Source: Nitrospirae bacterium MYbin3
Lineage (GTDB): Bacteria; Nitrospirota; Thermodesulfovibrionia; Thermodesulfovibrionales; Dissulfurispiraceae
Length of the DNA: 64,000 bases
NCBI GenBank assembly: GCA_002753335.1
Contig: PEAD01000013.1
Span: 1-64,000 of the forward strand
Direction: 5' to 3'
Shown here: one piece after another, positions 49,036 through 57,883 of the stretch
Layout of the letters: every line of letters begins with the position of its first letter
Numbering within the stretch: the stretch's first letter is position 1
Translations under genes and position numbers: made by a program
The notes under the pieces: model-generated
Database searches by the model: none
Seen by the model: only the letters and a program-made list of their open reading frames with translations
What the model was told of the DNA's origin: nothing

Positions 49036-49410
49036 ATGGCAGATGAACCCATCAGGATATTATTGGCGGATGATGATGACTTTGTGAGGGAGATGATGGG
49101 GATGATCCTTGAAGATCAGGGATACGAGGTTGTTGCTGCAGAGGACGGAGCTGAGGCCCTCGAAAAACTGGCTGCAGACAGCGGCATCAAGCTGGTGGTG
49201 TCTGATATGAATATGCCTAAAACAACCGGGTTGGAGCTTGTTAAGGAGGTTAGAAAACGTGGCAATCCCGTGCCTATAATAATATTGAGCGCATTCGGAG
49301 AGCTTGATGTTGTTGATGAGGCGGTTGCGTGTGGGGCTACAAGCTATGTGCTTAAGGATGAGAACATTCAGGACAAAATAATTGAATCAATTTCTAAAAT
49401 TTTAAACTAG
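49036..49410 (+). CDS. Single-domain response regulator
   Basis: ILLADDD, VSDMNMP, YVLK. Confidence 0.9.
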   Translation: MADEPIRILLADDDDFVREMMGMILEDQGYEVVAAEDGAEALEKLAADSGIKLVVSDMNMPKTTGLELVKEVRKRGNPVPIIILSAFGELDVVDEAVACGATSYVLKDENIQDKIIESISKILN

Positions 49411-49447
49411 CGGATTTTGTGATTTCCCAAGGAGGAATAGTTAAAAG

Positions 49448-49825
49448 ATGAAAATACTTGTAGCTGATGATTCTATGTTAATGCGGGATATAATCAAAGA
49501 GAGTCTTCTTGAGACTTTTTCAGGAGCTGAGGTTTTTGAGGCCGGCAACGGCAAGGATGTCCAGAAGATACTTTTAAAAGAAAAGGTGGATATTGTGTTA
49601 TGCGATTGGGAGATGCCAGAGATGAGCGGCATAGAGGTTTTAAAATGGGTGCGCAGCACTCCTGATTTAGCGACACTACCGTTTATTATGGTTACCGGAA
49701 CAACGGACAAGGAACATGTGGTGGAATGCATAAAGTCCGGAGTTACCGATTATGCTGTAAAGCCGGTTACTCCAGATATGCTGTGCAATAAGATCAGCAA
49801 GGCGTTAAAAATTAAAGTGCAATAG
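49448..49825 (+). CDS. CheY-like single-domain response regulator
   Basis: ILVADDS, LCDWEMPEMSG, YAVKP. Confidence 0.9.
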   Translation: MKILVADDSMLMRDIIKESLLETFSGAEVFEAGNGKDVQKILLKEKVDIVLCDWEMPEMSGIEVLKWVRSTPDLATLPFIMVTGTTDKEHVVECIKSGVTDYAVKPVTPDMLCNKISKALKIKVQ

Positions 49826-49832
49826 ATAACAG

Positions 49833-50357
49833 ATGAAAGTCCGCAAGAAAGGCATGTCAGGACTAAGTCTGACGGCGCTATCCGTTTTTTTTATCGTTTC
49901 TTTTTTAATCGGCTGCAGTGCCGAAAAGGTTCATCTTAAAATAGGCGACACTGCTCCCAAGGCTGTTCTTAAGGATTTGAAAGGTTCAAATGTATCGCTG
50001 CCTGATGACTTTAAGGGTAAGCTTGTTGTTCTCAGGTTTTGGGCCGACTGGTGCAAATCCTGTGAAATAGAAATGCCCGCGCTCGACAGAGTGTATAAAA
50101 AACATGTCCAAAAGAATATTGTTATATTGGCGATAAATGTTGGACAGACAAAAGAGATTGCGGAGGATTACGCAAGAAAGCTTGAACTGTCATATCCTGT
50201 TCTGCTCGACCAGTCTTCTAAGATCGCAAAAAGTTATGGAGTTGTCGGACTTCCTACTACTATAATCATAGACCGTGACGGCAGGCTTAAAAAGAAGATA
50301 ATTGGCGAAACCGGCGGCGAGGCTTTGGAAAAGATAATCGCTGAGCTTTTGTTATAA
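49833..50357 (+). CDS. TlpA/ResA-type thiol-disulfide oxidoreductase lipoprotein
   Basis: LIGC lipobox, FWADWCKSC, GLPTT. Confidence 0.9.
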   Translation: MKVRKKGMSGLSLTALSVFFIVSFLIGCSAEKVHLKIGDTAPKAVLKDLKGSNVSLPDDFKGKLVVLRFWADWCKSCEIEMPALDRVYKKHVQKNIVILAINVGQTKEIAEDYARKLELSYPVLLDQSSKIAKSYGVVGLPTTIIIDRDGRLKKKIIGETGGEALEKIIAELLL

Positions 50358-50385
50358 AACAGCCTTAAAATTTACGGAGGTATTT

Positions 50386-51045
50386 ATGAGAAAGATTTTT
50401 GTTTTTATCACAGCGGTATTTCTTTTGATTTTTGCAGCAACAGCAATGGCAGACACAAAAGATTTTAAAAACTGCAAATACTGCGGTATGGACAGGGAAA
50501 AGTATGCGCATTCACGGCTGCTTATCGAATACGATGACGGCACTTTTGTAGGAACATGCAGTGTGCATTGCGCGGCTGTTGACCTTGCGATGAGCATGGA
50601 TAAAACTCCCAAGTCTATTAAGGTTGGCGACTATAACACCAAGCAGCTTATCGATGCCGAAAAAGCTGTATGGGTTATGGGCGGAGATAAGGGCGGTGTT
50701 ATGACAAAGGTCGCGAAGTGGGCTTTTCAAAAGAAGGATGCCGCTAATAAATTTGTAAAGAATCATGGTGGTAATATTACAAACTTCGAGGGTGTTATGA
50801 GGGCTACATATACGGATATGTATCAGGATTCAAAGATGATACGTGAAAAGAGAAAGGCCACCAAAAAGAAGATGATGGACGAAGGGCACACACATGACTG
50901 TATGCACAACGAGAATCATCAGTGTGATCATCCTGATCATAAAAATGACCATAAGAGCCATAAGCATAACCATAACCACGACCAGAAACAGGAAACTAAA
51001 CAGGAACAGAAGCAGAAACAGGATGACAAGACACATAAACATTGA
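50386..51045 (+). CDS. NosL-like exported protein with His-rich tail
   Basis: Signal peptide, CKYCGM, CSVHC, IDAEKAVWVMG; C-terminal His-rich tail. Confidence 0.8.
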   Translation: MRKIFVFITAVFLLIFAATAMADTKDFKNCKYCGMDREKYAHSRLLIEYDDGTFVGTCSVHCAAVDLAMSMDKTPKSIKVGDYNTKQLIDAEKAVWVMGGDKGGVMTKVAKWAFQKKDAANKFVKNHGGNITNFEGVMRATYTDMYQDSKMIREKRKATKKKMMDEGHTHDCMHNENHQCDHPDHKNDHKSHKHNHNHDQKQETKQEQKQKQDDKTHKH

Positions 51046-51057
51046 AAGGGGCATCTT

Positions 51058-51549
51058 TTGACAAGATACAGCCCGCTGCGGTTTTATGGATGGGTTCTTG
51101 TATTTTGTTTTCTTGCGGTCTACGGCGTGCATGCTGCAGAACTCAAAACAGTAAAGCCTGCTCCAAAAGAGAAATGCCCTGTGTGCGGGATGTTTGTTTC
51201 TAAGTATCCTGACTTTGCTGCGGGCGTGGTATTTAAAGACGGCTCATACGCAGTTTTTGACGGTTCAAAAGATATGTTTAAGTATTTTTTCAACCTGAAG
51301 AAATACAACCCATCCAAGAAAGCCGAAGATATTGAGTCTATGTTTGTAACCGAATATTATGGGTTGACAACTGTGGATGCGCGCAAGGCTTTTTTTGTTT
51401 TCGGCAGCGATATTCACGGTCCTATGGGCAGGGAGCTCATCCCTTTCGAAAAAATGCCTGATGCTGCATCTTTTATGAAAGACCACAGAGGCAAGAGAAT
51501 ACTGAAGTTCGGTGAAATCACTCCAGATATTATCAGGAAGCTGGATTAA
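51058..51549 (+). CDS. NosL-family protein
   Basis: CPVCGMFV, FDGSKDM, GSDIHGPMG.ELIPF, FMKDH.G. Confidence 0.88.
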   Translation: MTRYSPLRFYGWVLVFCFLAVYGVHAAELKTVKPAPKEKCPVCGMFVSKYPDFAAGVVFKDGSYAVFDGSKDMFKYFFNLKKYNPSKKAEDIESMFVTEYYGLTTVDARKAFFVFGSDIHGPMGRELIPFEKMPDAASFMKDHRGKRILKFGEITPDIIRKLD

Positions 51550-51558
51550 CGTGTAGCG

Positions 51559-51864
51559 ATGCGCAGGCCTGACAGGTTTTTGTTTTATATTGGCGCAAAT
51601 ATTTTTATAATAGCCGTTATGTTTATTCACTCTTTTGCGGCTACGCGAAATATCGAGCAGGTTTTTGCAAAGAAGATAGAGCTGGTTAAACGCTACGGCC
51701 TTACGGATTTATGTATCTTTACCGAGGCGCGTTATACAAGACATCCTTCTCAGGCCGATCTTAATACGCCTTTTCAGGACTATCCTTTGTCGTTCGAGCA
51801 TTTCCCTTCAGGTTCGATAATATCTCCTCCCGAACATCTAAGGTTAGGTATGAAGAATGAATAG
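51559..51864 (+). CDS. Hypothetical membrane-anchored protein
   Basis: N-terminal TM, GLTDLCIFTEARYTRHPS, EHFPSGS; coupled within the operon. Confidence 0.7.
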   Translation: MRRPDRFLFYIGANIFIIAVMFIHSFAATRNIEQVFAKKIELVKRYGLTDLCIFTEARYTRHPSQADLNTPFQDYPLSFEHFPSGSIISPPEHLRLGMKNE

Positions 51865-52993
51865 TCGTATAGAAATTCAGCGCAACATTCTCGATTTTAC
51901 TTTATCTTCACTGCTCAGAAGAAAAACAAAGAACGCGGTTCTTATGGTTGTGTTTACTATTGTTGTATTTATGCTTGCTTCTATAATTTTCTTTACCAAT
52001 GCTGTTAAACGCGAGGCTGTTGCTGTGCTTCAGAATTCACCAGATATAGTTGTTCAGCGTCTTTCGGCCGGCCGGCATGATTTGATTCCTGCTGACTATA
52101 TTAAAACAATTACGGATATGAAGGGAGTTGTATCAGTAAAGGGAAGGCATTGGGGATATTATTTTGAGCCTGCTGCGAGCGCAAATTTTACTCTGGTAGT
52201 GCCTGATGACGGAGGTGAAGAGGGCAGGATAGTTGCGGGCAAAGGCGTTTCGAGGACTATGAGGGCAGGGGATGGAGATATACTGCCGCTTAAAAGCTAC
52301 AAGGGTGAATGGGTGGTGCTTTCTATCAAAGGCGTGCTCAAATCCGATTCGGAGCTTGTTTCGTCAGATCTTATCGAGATTTCTGAAAAAGATTTCAGGA
52401 AAATTTTCGGCATACCTAAGGACAGGTTTACGGACTTATCTGTCACCGTGAGAAATCCTAAAGAAACACTTACGATAGCCAAGAAGATAAAGGATTCTTT
52501 TCCTGATACACGGCCTATATTGCGCAGCGAGGTCTTGAGAACCTACGATTCTCTTTTTAACTGGAGGAGCGGTCTTTTGCTTATCATTGCGGCAGGCGCG
52601 GTTTTGGCATTCATAATCTTTGCGTTTGACCGTGCCTCCGGTTTGAGCGCCGAGGAGAGAAGAGAAATTGGGATTTTGAAGGCGATAGGCTGGGAGACCT
52701 CGGATGTTATAGCTTTTAAATTCTGGGAAGGTTTGGTCATATCGTTGTCATCGTTTATGGCAGGAATTATTTTGGCTTACTTTCATGTTTTTGTTGCTTA
52801 TGCTCCATTGTTCGAGCCTGTGCTTAAAGGTTGGGCGGTGCTATATCCTGAATTCAGGCTTGTGCCTTTCATAGACCCTTTTCAGATAGCTACGCTCTTC
52901 TTTTTGACTGTGCTGCCATACACCGCAGCTACGATAATCCCCTCCTGGAGGTCTGCGGTTGTGGATCCTGACCAGATAATGAGGTCGCAATGA
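51857..52993 (+). CDS. ABC transporter permease (FtsX/MacB/LolE-like)
   Basis: TM - large periplasmic loop - three TMs; ERREIGILKAIGW. Confidence 0.88.
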   Translation: MNSRIEIQRNILDFTLSSLLRRKTKNAVLMVVFTIVVFMLASIIFFTNAVKREAVAVLQNSPDIVVQRLSAGRHDLIPADYIKTITDMKGVVSVKGRHWGYYFEPAASANFTLVVPDDGGEEGRIVAGKGVSRTMRAGDGDILPLKSYKGEWVVLSIKGVLKSDSELVSSDLIEISEKDFRKIFGIPKDRFTDLSVTVRNPKETLTIAKKIKDSFPDTRPILRSEVLRTYDSLFNWRSGLLLIIAAGAVLAFIIFAFDRASGLSAEERREIGILKAIGWETSDVIAFKFWEGLVISLSSFMAGIILAYFHVFVAYAPLFEPVLKGWAVLYPEFRLVPFIDPFQIATLFFLTVLPYTAATIIPSWRSAVVDPDQIMRSQ

Positions 52994-53697
52994 TTTCTGT
53001 AGTCGATGTGCGCAAGGTTTTCAATGCCGGAAAAGCGAATGAGTATATTGCGCTTGACGGTGTTCAACTTGATATAGAAAAGGGACGTATTACTGTAATC
53101 AAAGGGCCCAGCGGTTCGGGAAAGACCACGCTGCTTAGCGTAATCGGATGCATGGCCCGGCCGAGTTCAGGCAGGATAAGGCTTTCTGGCGTTTCCGTTG
53201 AGGGTATTCCGGATGATGAAGGATATGTAGAAACCACGAGCCTGCCCGAAAGATTTCTGACCCAGATAAGACGCAAGACCTTCGGGTTTATATTTCAGCA
53301 ATACAATCTTGTAGCGGGTATGACCGTAATAGAGAACGTGATGCTTCCCGCCTATCCTACTGGAGAGGCATATTCTGCTGTCAGGAATAGGGCAGAGGAT
53401 TTGCTTAAGATATTCGGTCTTTATAGCCGGCTTGATGCCAAGGTTCAATGGCTTTCGGGCGGAGAGTCCCAGCGGGTCAGCATTGTGAGGGCGCTGATAA
53501 ACAATCCTTCGGGCATAATAGCGGACGAGCCTACTGCCCACCTCGACACAAAGCTTTCGTCAGAGTTCATGAATATTATTGAATCGCTCAACCGTGAAGG
53601 CAGAACAATAATCATAGCGAGCCATGACCCCGTGGTCTGCGAATCTTCGGTTATACACAGGGTTGTTGAAATGCGTGACGGAAAAGTCATTCGGTGA
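52990..53697 (+). CDS. ABC ATP-binding protein (LolD-like)
   Basis: GPSGSGKT, FIFQQYNL, LSGGE, ADEPT, SHD. Confidence 0.93.
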   Translation: MISVVDVRKVFNAGKANEYIALDGVQLDIEKGRITVIKGPSGSGKTTLLSVIGCMARPSSGRIRLSGVSVEGIPDDEGYVETTSLPERFLTQIRRKTFGFIFQQYNLVAGMTVIENVMLPAYPTGEAYSAVRNRAEDLLKIFGLYSRLDAKVQWLSGGESQRVSIVRALINNPSGIIADEPTAHLDTKLSSEFMNIIESLNREGRTIIIASHDPVVCESSVIHRVVEMRDGKVIR

Positions 53698-54695
53698 TCC
53701 TTCATCCGGCCATAATCGCGCTTTACCTGTCTTCGTTTATCTCGGTTGCGCTTCTGATATATTCCTCCAGTTTTGCCGCGATGATTTTACGGAAGTGGGA
53801 TATAGGAAGCGGCAGCGAACTTCAGCTTTCTCTTGAGCGCCGCACCTATCTGATATCTGTAATACTGAGCTACCTGTTTTTTTTTCAGTTTCTTTCTCTG
53901 TTTCTATTCATCTATACCGCCGACAATCTGCATAACCTTTTTACAGGCTCGATGTGTGCTGCCGGCACTTTGAATGTAAATCAATATGGCTACCCTGTTT
54001 TAGTCCTGAAAATAGTTAATTTTATCCTTGCCGGAGTCTGGCTGATAATAAATCGGATTGATATTAGTGCTCATGATTATCCTCTGATAAAGAATAAGTA
54101 TTCTTTGCTTCTATTTGTAGCTCCGTTAATGATTGCCGAGTCTGCACTTCAAACAGCTTATTTTATGGGCCTGAATGCTGATGTTATAACTTCCTGCTGT
54201 GGCAGCCTTTTCAGTTCTGATTCTACGAATATAACCTCCGAGATAGCATCTCTTCCTAGCCTGCAGGCAAAGGCTGTATTTTATATTTCTATGACATTGA
54301 CCTTAGCAGCCGGAATCGTTCTTTGTTACAAGAACAAGGGAGGACTCTTGTTTTCAATTCTCTCATTATTATCGTTCGTAATTTCTGTGGCTGCGCTTAT
54401 CTCATTTATTTCATTATATTATTATGAGCTTCCGACGCATCACTGCCCCTTTTGTATCCTGCAGTCCGAATACGGTTACGCCGGATACTATCTATACCTC
54501 ACACTCCTTTGCGGTGTGGTTACCGGCATTGGGGCCGGAATTGCCGGAAGGTTTTCGAATATCAAAAGTCTTGCTCCTGTAATTCTGGTGATTCAAAAAA
54601 AACTGATTATCGCATCTCTTTTGTCTTACGGTATTTTCACTGCGATTGTAACTCTAAAAATGATTCTTTCGGATTTCATTTTGGAAGGGTATTAA
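53694..54695 (+). CDS. Polytopic membrane protein with Cys motifs
   Basis: About eight TMs; GSMCAAG, ITSCCGS and PTHHCPFC in loops. Confidence 0.75.
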   Translation: MILHPAIIALYLSSFISVALLIYSSSFAAMILRKWDIGSGSELQLSLERRTYLISVILSYLFFFQFLSLFLFIYTADNLHNLFTGSMCAAGTLNVNQYGYPVLVLKIVNFILAGVWLIINRIDISAHDYPLIKNKYSLLLFVAPLMIAESALQTAYFMGLNADVITSCCGSLFSSDSTNITSEIASLPSLQAKAVFYISMTLTLAAGIVLCYKNKGGLLFSILSLLSFVISVAALISFISLYYYELPTHHCPFCILQSEYGYAGYYLYLTLLCGVVTGIGAGIAGRFSNIKSLAPVILVIQKKLIIASLLSYGIFTAIVTLKMILSDFILEGY

Positions 54696-54755
54696 GTTTT
54701 GATATAATTCTTATCTGTGGAAAAAGATCACTAATTTTATAAGGAGGGCAGAAAT

Positions 54756-55358
54756 ATGTCATCAGGCGGATTTCATGTGCATGGTCCCCATGATCATGAA
54801 CTGGAGCATGCAAAACATGGTGGAGGTCATGGCGGCCATGGAGAGCATGGAGGCTCTGCAATGGTTAACCAGATTGCGATATTTACAGCGATTATCGCCA
54901 CTATCGGGGCGATTTTTTCGTATATGGGCGGCGCTACTCAAGCTAATGCCGGAATATACAAAAACAATGCTGCCATAAAGAAGACCGAGGCGTCCAACCA
55001 GTGGAACTATTTTCAGGCCAAGAGCACCAAGCAGTCATTGGCCGAAATGTCCCGCGACCTCTCACCTGTGAACAAAAAAGAGTACTACCAAGCTAAGGTT
55101 GACCGTTATGAAAAGGAAAAATCAGATATAAAGGCAGTTGCGGACAAACTGGAGGCAGAGGCTTTGCAATGGGACAAGCGCAGTGATGAACAGATGCATC
55201 AGCATCATCGTTGGGCACAGGCTACAACTATATTGCAGGTATCCATTGCGATGGCGGCCATTGCGCTGCTCACAAAAAAGAAGTGGCTGGAATATATAAT
55301 GTTCGGTGTTGCTGTTCTCGGTCTTGCAGTGGGCGTGCTGGCCATGTTTCATATCTGA
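54756..55358 (+). CDS. DUF4337-like membrane protein
   Basis: HVHGPHDHELEH N-terminus, ASNQWNYFQAKSTKQ, LQVSIAMAAIALLT. Confidence 0.8.
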   Translation: MSSGGFHVHGPHDHELEHAKHGGGHGGHGEHGGSAMVNQIAIFTAIIATIGAIFSYMGGATQANAGIYKNNAAIKKTEASNQWNYFQAKSTKQSLAEMSRDLSPVNKKEYYQAKVDRYEKEKSDIKAVADKLEAEALQWDKRSDEQMHQHHRWAQATTILQVSIAMAAIALLTKKKWLEYIMFGVAVLGLAVGVLAMFHI

Positions 55359-55450
55359 AAATTGCCCCATAAAGCGCTTACTGTTGGCTCTGGCTAATGA
55401 TTTTGGGGGTTTAATCATCGTAATGCACTGTTTTTTAAGTCTAAATTAAC

Positions 55451-55505
55451 TTTACAATTTATTTACAACTATTAACTGCAACTTTACACTGTTTGGATGT
55501 ACAAT
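55451..55505 (+). promoter_or_regulatory. Four direct repeats plus -10 element upstream of the nitrite reductase operon
   Basis: TTTAC (55451), TTTAC (55462), TTAAC (55472), TTTAC (55483), then 12 bp, then TACAAT (55500-05). Confidence 0.6.
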
Positions 55506-55593
55506 TTATCAATGATTATTCCAATACATCAAAAGGAGGTATATAATTTTTTCTTTACGGGCTTTGCCCTAATTAAATTCCTAAGGAGGGAAC

Positions 55594-57249
55594 ATGAGTA
55601 AAAGGATTTTAATTGCTGTTCTGGTTTTAGCGGTTGTAATGGTTGGCGGTGTTTATTTTAACACGGTTGATGCAAAACCTAAAGCCGCCGATGCAAAAAA
55701 GGTTTCTGAAAAGGATGTAAAGGTTGAATCATGCTATGGCTGTCATGGACCGGTCAAGGAACTTCACAAGATGGGCAAGCACGCAGGCATCAACTGTTCA
55801 AAATGCCACAGCGGTCTTGAGAAGCATCTTGCAAATCCCGGCAAAGACACAAGACCGAAGACAGACCTGTCCTGGCAGGCTTGCGGCCAGTGCCACAAAG
55901 AGCAGATGGACAGTTTTAACAAGCAGGCAACCCACCGCCCTGCAAGAGACGAGAAGTCCCAGATTACCGGAAGGTCTCCAAATCCTTACTGGGACAAACT
56001 GATGATGGGGCATGGTTTCACAAAGGAGCATAACCTTACAAGAAGCCACACAAACATGCTTACAGACCATCTGGTTGTTGACAGGGCTTACGGTGGAAGA
56101 TTCCAGCCTAAAGAGGGATGGAACTATCTATTCCAGTCAGGCAAGGCATGGGACATGCTTTTTGACAAATATCCTGACAACAAAGATCACAAACCTCTTA
56201 TTCCTCAGAGCGCAGCAGCAGCCAACCCTGTATGCCTGCATTGCAAGACACAGGACCAGATTCTTGACTGGGCATATATGGGCGATGCAGACAAGGGCGC
56301 AAAGTGGTCGCGCAGTTCCAAAGTTACTGAGTTTGCGAAAGACCTGAACCACGCGCTTAACTGCTTTATGTGCCACGATCCTCATGCTGCAAAACCGAGA
56401 GTTGTAAGAGACGGCTTGATAGAGGCACTCACAAGGGATTCAAAAGACACCCTCTGGCACAAAGACCCGAAACGCACAAAGATCGATGTTAAGACTATGG
56501 GCGTAAGGGGCTTTGAGAGGAAGATAGCTATTCTGGACAAGTATGATACAAGGCTGCAGTGCGGCCAGTGCCATGTTGAGTACAACTGCAACCCCGGCAC
56601 CGACACGAAGACGGGCAAGCCGGTAACAATGGCAGACAGAAGGACGAACCACTTCCCTTATAAGGATGTGTTCGATCTTTATGAGCATTATAAGAATCAG
56701 ATCAATTTCTTGGATTTTAAACATGCTTTGACAGGCGGACTTCTCTGGAAGGCACAGCATCCTGAAGCAGAGACCTACTACAACTCTAAGCACGGTAAGG
56801 CCGGTGTAGGCTGCGATGCATGCCACACGCCTAAGGTAAAGGACAAGAAGACCGGCAAGGTTTACACTTCACACTTTGCTGTTACTCCTAAAGTCCAGTT
56901 GAAGGAGACCTGCCTCAAGTGTCATCCTAAGTGGACCGAAGCCCAAGCATTGTATTCGATTGACTCGATCAAGGCTTACGGCAGGGGCAAGATGAGAAAG
57001 GCCGAGTTCTGGCTCTCAGCTGTCATTGACAAGATAGTTGAAGGCAAAAAAGCCGGTCTTGCTGAAGATGTAATTGCCAAGGCCCAAGACCACCACCTTA
57101 AAGCCCATATCCTTTGGGAATATTGGACCGCCGAGAATTCTGACGGATTCCACAATCCTGAGATGGCAAGAGAATCCCTTGCTAGATCCATGGATGAATC
57201 ACAGGCAGGAATCAAGGTCATCAACGACGCTTTAGCTGCAAAGAAGTAG
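55594..57249 (+). CDS. nrfA: Octaheme cytochrome c nitrite reductase (ONR/TvNiR type, NrfA family)
   Basis: Eight heme motifs: CYGCH, CSKCH, CGQCH, CLHCK (catalytic CxxCK), CFMCH, CGQCH, CDACH, CLKCH; also CHVEY, KAQHPE, AENSDGFHNP. Confidence 0.93.
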   Translation: MSKRILIAVLVLAVVMVGGVYFNTVDAKPKAADAKKVSEKDVKVESCYGCHGPVKELHKMGKHAGINCSKCHSGLEKHLANPGKDTRPKTDLSWQACGQCHKEQMDSFNKQATHRPARDEKSQITGRSPNPYWDKLMMGHGFTKEHNLTRSHTNMLTDHLVVDRAYGGRFQPKEGWNYLFQSGKAWDMLFDKYPDNKDHKPLIPQSAAAANPVCLHCKTQDQILDWAYMGDADKGAKWSRSSKVTEFAKDLNHALNCFMCHDPHAAKPRVVRDGLIEALTRDSKDTLWHKDPKRTKIDVKTMGVRGFERKIAILDKYDTRLQCGQCHVEYNCNPGTDTKTGKPVTMADRRTNHFPYKDVFDLYEHYKNQINFLDFKHALTGGLLWKAQHPEAETYYNSKHGKAGVGCDACHTPKVKDKKTGKVYTSHFAVTPKVQLKETCLKCHPKWTEAQALYSIDSIKAYGRGKMRKAEFWLSAVIDKIVEGKKAGLAEDVIAKAQDHHLKAHILWEYWTAENSDGFHNPEMARESLARSMDESQAGIKVINDALAAKK

Positions 57250-57258
57250 ATTCTTTAT

Positions 57259-57287
57259 TGAAGGCGGGGCTTTAAGCCCCGCCTTCA
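57259..57287 (+). terminator. Hairpin after the nitrite reductase gene
   Basis: TGAAGGCGGGGCT-TTA-AGCCCCGCCTTCA perfect 13-bp stem, weak U-tract. Confidence 0.7.
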
Positions 57288-57327
57288 TATTATTAATCAG
57301 TTAAAAATACACGGAGAGGGTGAGCCC

Positions 57328-57819
57328 ATGAAAAAGCTGTCGGTACTAGGTGCATTAACTTTATTTTTTATATCATTTTTATACGCCGCAACGGCTCAGA
57401 GCCACAACAACAGCGCTCCGAACATGGAATGCTTAAGCTGCCATGACGGAGATATTCAGGCAGGCATGGTTTCGATTCAGGGCATTCCTAAAAATTACAA
57501 GCCCGGAAAAGTCTATACGATGAGCGTGGTTGTAAAAAGCAACCTTGAAAGTTTAGGTGAAATCAAAGGCGGCTTTGCCTTAGAGGCGGATAAGGGCACG
57601 CTTGTTGTTAAAGACAAAAAGAACACTCAATTGATAGACGGCTTTCTGACTCATACGCAGGAAGGCTCGCATTTCAGGAAATGGACTTTTTCATGGAAGG
57701 CGCCTGAAGATAAATCTGATGCAAGCATAAGCCTGATGGCGGTTGCATCAAATGGCGACTATTCTTCACAGGGCGACCATGTTGGAACAGGAAGCTATAC
57801 TATAAAATTCGGAAAATAG
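57328..57819 (+). CDS. Exported Reeler-like beta-sandwich protein with one CxxCH
   Basis: Signal peptide, CLSCH, P..YKPGKVY, GGF, LTHT, WTFSWKAP, ASNGD..QGD. Confidence 0.7.
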   Translation: MKKLSVLGALTLFFISFLYAATAQSHNNSAPNMECLSCHDGDIQAGMVSIQGIPKNYKPGKVYTMSVVVKSNLESLGEIKGGFALEADKGTLVVKDKKNTQLIDGFLTHTQEGSHFRKWTFSWKAPEDKSDASISLMAVASNGDYSSQGDHVGTGSYTIKFGK

Positions 57820-57883
57820 AACGGATGCCGCGGCCTGTATGGGCAGGCGGTATTCCGGACTTAAGATATAAAGGAGGCATCAA

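Noticed and set aside
50386..51549. Nitrous oxide reductase (nos) cluster
   Set aside because: No nosZ, nosD, nosY or nosR in the window; the ABC is of a different class.
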